NCBI GenBank assembly: GCA_009103225.1
Contig: RHPI01003533.1
Span: forward strand, 62,001-126,000
Length of the DNA stretch: 64,000 nucleotides
Source of the DNA: Chlorokybus atmophyticus
Lineage: Eukaryota > Plantae > Mesostigma and Chlorokybus algae
Reading direction: 5' to 3'
Below, in pieces: positions 60,724 through 64,000 of the stretch (the first letter of the stretch is position 1; each line of letters starts with the position of its first letter). The notes beneath the pieces are model-generated. The model worked only from the letters and a program-made list of their open reading frames with translations. It had not been told where the DNA came from and searched no databases. The position numbers and the translations under genes are program-made.

Positions 60724-61176
60724 TTATGAGGTTTCCACTCCCCAGTTGGCCAAAGCCTCAAACGCCATTTGCTTGCCTTGGTAAGGGAGAGGCTTATCAT
60801 TTATGGTCATGATAGCAGCCACCTTTGGATCACCTCGCACGAGTGGCGGGATGTTGTTCGTCAGCTCATGTTCGAGCATGTGGATCACCGTCTCCTTGCT
60901 TGCACAAGGGAGTGTGGCAAAGTATGTCTCATAGCCATCACGAACCGTCTGCGCCCATGCTTCCCACGTTTCCTGACGAAGCCGAGGGTGGGCAGCAAGC
61001 AGAGCCTTACGCTCTTCTGCATACTTCTCAATGGCCCCGCCAATGACACTGTGAGTGTCCACTGCAACTGGTGCACTTTGAGAAGACTGGTCAGGAGAAG
61101 CATCGTTGTCTTCCTTGTCTTCTTCTTTGTCACTGATAGTAAGCTTATAGCTTTCACTCGTATTAGAGTAGTTCAC
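60724..61176 (-). CDS. Uninterrupted 150-aa ORF of unknown function immediately upstream of gag in chromovirus B
   Basis: ORF track; acidic N-terminus and helical-looking core (IEKYAEERKALLAAHPRLRQETWEAWAQTVRDGYETYF); no family recognised. Confidence 0.4.
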   Translation of the reverse strand: MNYSNTSESYKLTISDKEEDKEDNDASPDQSSQSAPVAVDTHSVIGGAIEKYAEERKALLAAHPRLRQETWEAWAQTVRDGYETYFATLPCASKETVIHMLEHELTNNIPPLVRGDPKVAAIMTINDKPLPYQGKQMAFEALANWGVETS

Positions 61177-61439
61177 TTCCTCTTCACTCGATGGCTCTTA
61201 TGATGTGGACTTCTCCACATCATCCCCTCCATGGTCAGACATCTGCCCAAGAATACAAGCCTTCAATAGTAGAAGTGTGCAAGTGCACAAAACACACAAG
61301 TTGTGCACTGCACAAGTGTCAAAATCTACGGATTTTGTCAAGTTTCAAGTGCTTAACGTGGAGTAGCGGCAGCCGATGTTGCCACCGGAATGCCTCACAA
61401 GGGTTGGTTTCGTCGCAAATTTTACACGGTGACTGATAA

Positions 61440-61905
61440 GGGACTGAGGGATTGACGGGTGCCTAACCCTGCCTGACCCTACCTGACGCAACAGATTTGT
61501 CCATAAATGGACTTTCTAAGACGGCCGTTACTATCAAGCAACATATACCGACGGCAAGCGGTCGACCGATAAGTACAATCGACGGCGGCCAGCCTGTGAC
61601 GGCAACACCGCACTTTAGGGTGACGACCGATTGTCGGTCGTCCCATTTGCGCGATGGCGACCTATGTGTATAGCAGGTAAGTCACGTTTTGGTCACATAC
61701 AGTGACGGCCGACCGTCGGTCGTACCCTGAACGTCGAAGAGTATGCGCGACGGCCTGCCTGCTTTTGCAAGCCAGTCGCCGTTAGTCCCTATCAGGTGAC
61801 CTTACCGCGTTTATTAAATAACGGTCGATCGCCGGTCGTGCACTTAACGCGGCGGCGACCTACTTATTGTGTGTCAAGTATGATAAGCAAGTGACCGCCA
61901 GTCCC
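61440..61905. mobile_element. Putative PIF/Harbinger (Tourist-like) MITE inside the chromovirus B leader
   Basis: TAA|GGGACTG ... CAGTCCC|TAA (7-bp TIR, 3-bp TAA TSD); interior has perfect hairpins (gacgaccga-ttg-tcggtcgtc at about 61622-61642). Confidence 0.4.
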
Positions 61906-62196
61906 TAAAAGTCGGCAAGTTGGGACGCTGGTACAATGCAGCCGCCGTACTATCATAGCCGTACTATCATGATGTCAATGGTACGAAAGTATACAAATGG
62001 TGCGATAGTGCCATTGCGACAATGGCACTATCGTACCATACAAATGGTACGATAGTGCCATTACGACAATGGTACTCTCGTACCATTATCATAATATGAT
62101 AATGCCGTTGCAAGTCACGTTTCGACAACGCGTTTAAATCACTCAGGCTGCCCAAGTTATTCAAACGCTCAACGGCTTCAAGTTGAACAGAGCGTT

Positions 62197-62232
<36 letters not shown>

Positions 62233-64000
62233 TAACAGTAGGTGAGCTTGGTTGCTGTCTGACGTTGTACTACGCGCAACACCGCATGCCATTTAACCAC
62301 CCTCCTTGCCTTAGGGCGGCCAAACCAGGCCAGGCTAGGCCAGACCAGGCCAGGCGGCGGCAGCGGCGGCGGAGAAGGAACGGCGGCGGCAGAGCTGGAG
62401 CGGGCGGTGCAGGAGTCGCAGCTCAGTACAAGGGTAGTACTAGCAATAGTACCCAAGGTAGTAGTAGCAGTAGTGGTAGTGGTAGCAGTAGTGGTAGTCT
62501 AGTTGTACTAGCAGTAGTAGTAGTAGCTCAGTATATTATTTTATAATTTATTTATTTTTGTTTTTTACTATTTGTCACGCATTCTTGCACACAGCTGATG
62601 ACGTTAATCACGTGTGACACTTAATCATGACTGAGCAGTACCAGAAGGTACCCTTTGAAAGTACAAATCATTAACGGTAGGTACCATAAGGTACTTGACA
62701 ATTTCGCTCAGTTAGCGTACAGTCGTTGGTACCTAACTGATAGGTACTGGTCAGCTACCTGTTGGTTAGGTCATGTCCCCTGTGCTTAACCGTTGAGTAC
62801 CTGACAGCTACCTATTAATTAGTGTCAGTCCCTTCATGCAGACGGCCGCCAACTAATGGTAACGGCCGGTATGCTCGGGTCCCTGTAACGGGATCGCCGG
62901 TAGACTGAAGGTCGTTAGTCTAAATGAGTATCCTCAGGTGCATGTCCGTTGCCAATATTCAGTCGGCCGGCAGGGGAAACATTTTGCGACGTTTGTGAAT
63001 ACAATTTCACACCCTTCACACCACCACGAATCCACGTGGTAGCAAGCACACAAGCACAAGCACCGAAATGTCATCACAATAATCTGATACAAGTGATGTG
63101 CTGGGCATGCAATGCTTGGGGGATAGGCTGCCTGAGTGGCCGCCTTCCCTAACAGCAAGCTAGGCTAGGCTAGGCTAAGACAGCTAGGCTGCGCTAGGCT
63201 AGCAGGCAAACATGTAAGCTAAGTACACCAGCAACAGCGTTTAACTACTACAACAACAACAACAACAACACCTAACAACCCTAGTGGGTAGCGGCTGCTA
63301 GAGCCGCCGCTGCAGTCGCTGCCGCCTAAGCCCGCCGCCTGCCGCTGCTGCCGCCTCTGCGCCATCAGAGCCGCCGCCTCTCCCACAGGCCCTCGCCGCC
63401 CTCGCTCCAATACCAATGTAAGGAGAGGGGGTGCTCCCTCTTCCCTTTAATCCCCTACCCCAACACCACCACCAGCCACGTCGCCCACGCCGCCGCCGCC
63501 GCCAGGGGCAACTGTCGAAGCAAAAGATCCCCTGGCTATGGCGGTCGCCGCGTTAGCAGCGCCGCCATGCGGCTGATATCGACATGAGACTCATGTCGAA
63601 TGTTGATAAAATTGTTGCAGATAAGTAACACTACATTAGGGCCTTAATATAGGTTAACGGCCTTAATATGGCTTAATAAGCTGTATAATCCCGTTGGGAC
63701 CCTTATTTAATCCTAAATAAGGGCGAGGAACCTCTATGGAGGTATCACACCGTTACATTTGCATAGATAGGCGGGTGTGCTCCCCACGTAGTTGCTTACA
63801 TTGCCTACATTTGTGCAAACATACACAACATGCTCAAGTCTCGCATTACACATTAGGGGTCTCAGTATTCGTACTTCTTTCTTCTAAGGCTCTGACGCCC
63901 GGCTTTCACAACGCCGATTCCAATGCCACCTCCTCCTCCTCCTCCTCCGAGGGAGTCCCCTCCTCTTCCCCCCCACCCCCCCACCCCCCACCACAAGCAC

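Larger units (their letters stand above)
55561..63757 (-). mobile_element. Full-length (8197 bp) decayed chromovirus, family B, with both LTRs and 5-bp TSD TTTGC
   Basis: LTRs 55561-55901 and 63417-63757 (341 bp each, about 24 differences by hand alignment); TSD tttgc at 55556-55560 and 63758-63762; PBS TGGTATTGGAGC at 63404-63415; PPT 55904-55910. Contains gag (KPEKF, CYVCSQPGHIAKNC), PR (FDTGATHNFV), RT ([24 protein letters not shown]), RNase H, integrase and chromodomain, with many stops and frameshifts. Confidence 0.97.

Noticed and set aside
62550-62930. Possible solo LTR nested in the chromovirus B leader (starts tgtcacg, repeated AGGTACC motifs like LTR-A)
   Set aside because: No matching CA end with a TSD could be found.
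63160-63280. gctag pentamer and caa microsatellite runs (also ccagg repeats near 62320-62355)
   Set aside because: Simple low-complexity repeats in the retroelement leader with no further structure.
50000-63757. RIP-like CpA-to-TpA mutation signature (many CAA/CAG->TAA/TAG and TGG->TAG stops)
   Set aside because: The genetic code itself makes most transition-derived stops CpA-context. The B-LTR pair differences are a mix of CpG, CpA, other transitions and transversions. A genome-wide dinucleotide-context test would be needed.

Overview
Eukaryotic nuclear DNA from a green-lineage alga. Basis: many short GT-AG introns, telo-box promoters, a plant-type SnRK1 beta-gamma subunit and plant-type RSA1/CWZF/FCA-like proteins; the species cannot be fixed from sequence alone. 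Positions 1-47 kb are gene-dense, mostly head-to-head/tail-to-tail intron-rich genes: an RRM protein, SNIP1/DAWDLE, CCAR1/RSA1(EMB1579), SF3B2, a CW-zinc-finger (CWZF) protein, a 2H-phosphoesterase-like protein, SnRK1 KINbeta-gamma, PRC2 FIE/EED and an FCA/CELF-like RRM-RRM-WW-RRM protein. A nested retrotransposon island sits at about 18-22.7 kb. Positions 47.4-64 kb are a nested transposon cluster: a Tc1/mariner-like MITE, a complete 521-bp TRIM with TSD, a decayed Ty3/Gypsy pol fragment encoding a C5-cytosine DNA methyltransferase directly upstream of RT, a truncated chromovirus, and a full-length 8.2-kb chromovirus with both LTRs and TSD. The strongest lead is the DNMT-carrying Gypsy lineage, whose probable gag-protease half lies at 19-21.9 kb. 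A possible degenerate Dam-like domain lies between gag and pol of the neighbouring chromovirus. Gene models were built by hand from splice signals and recalled family motifs; no database searches were run.
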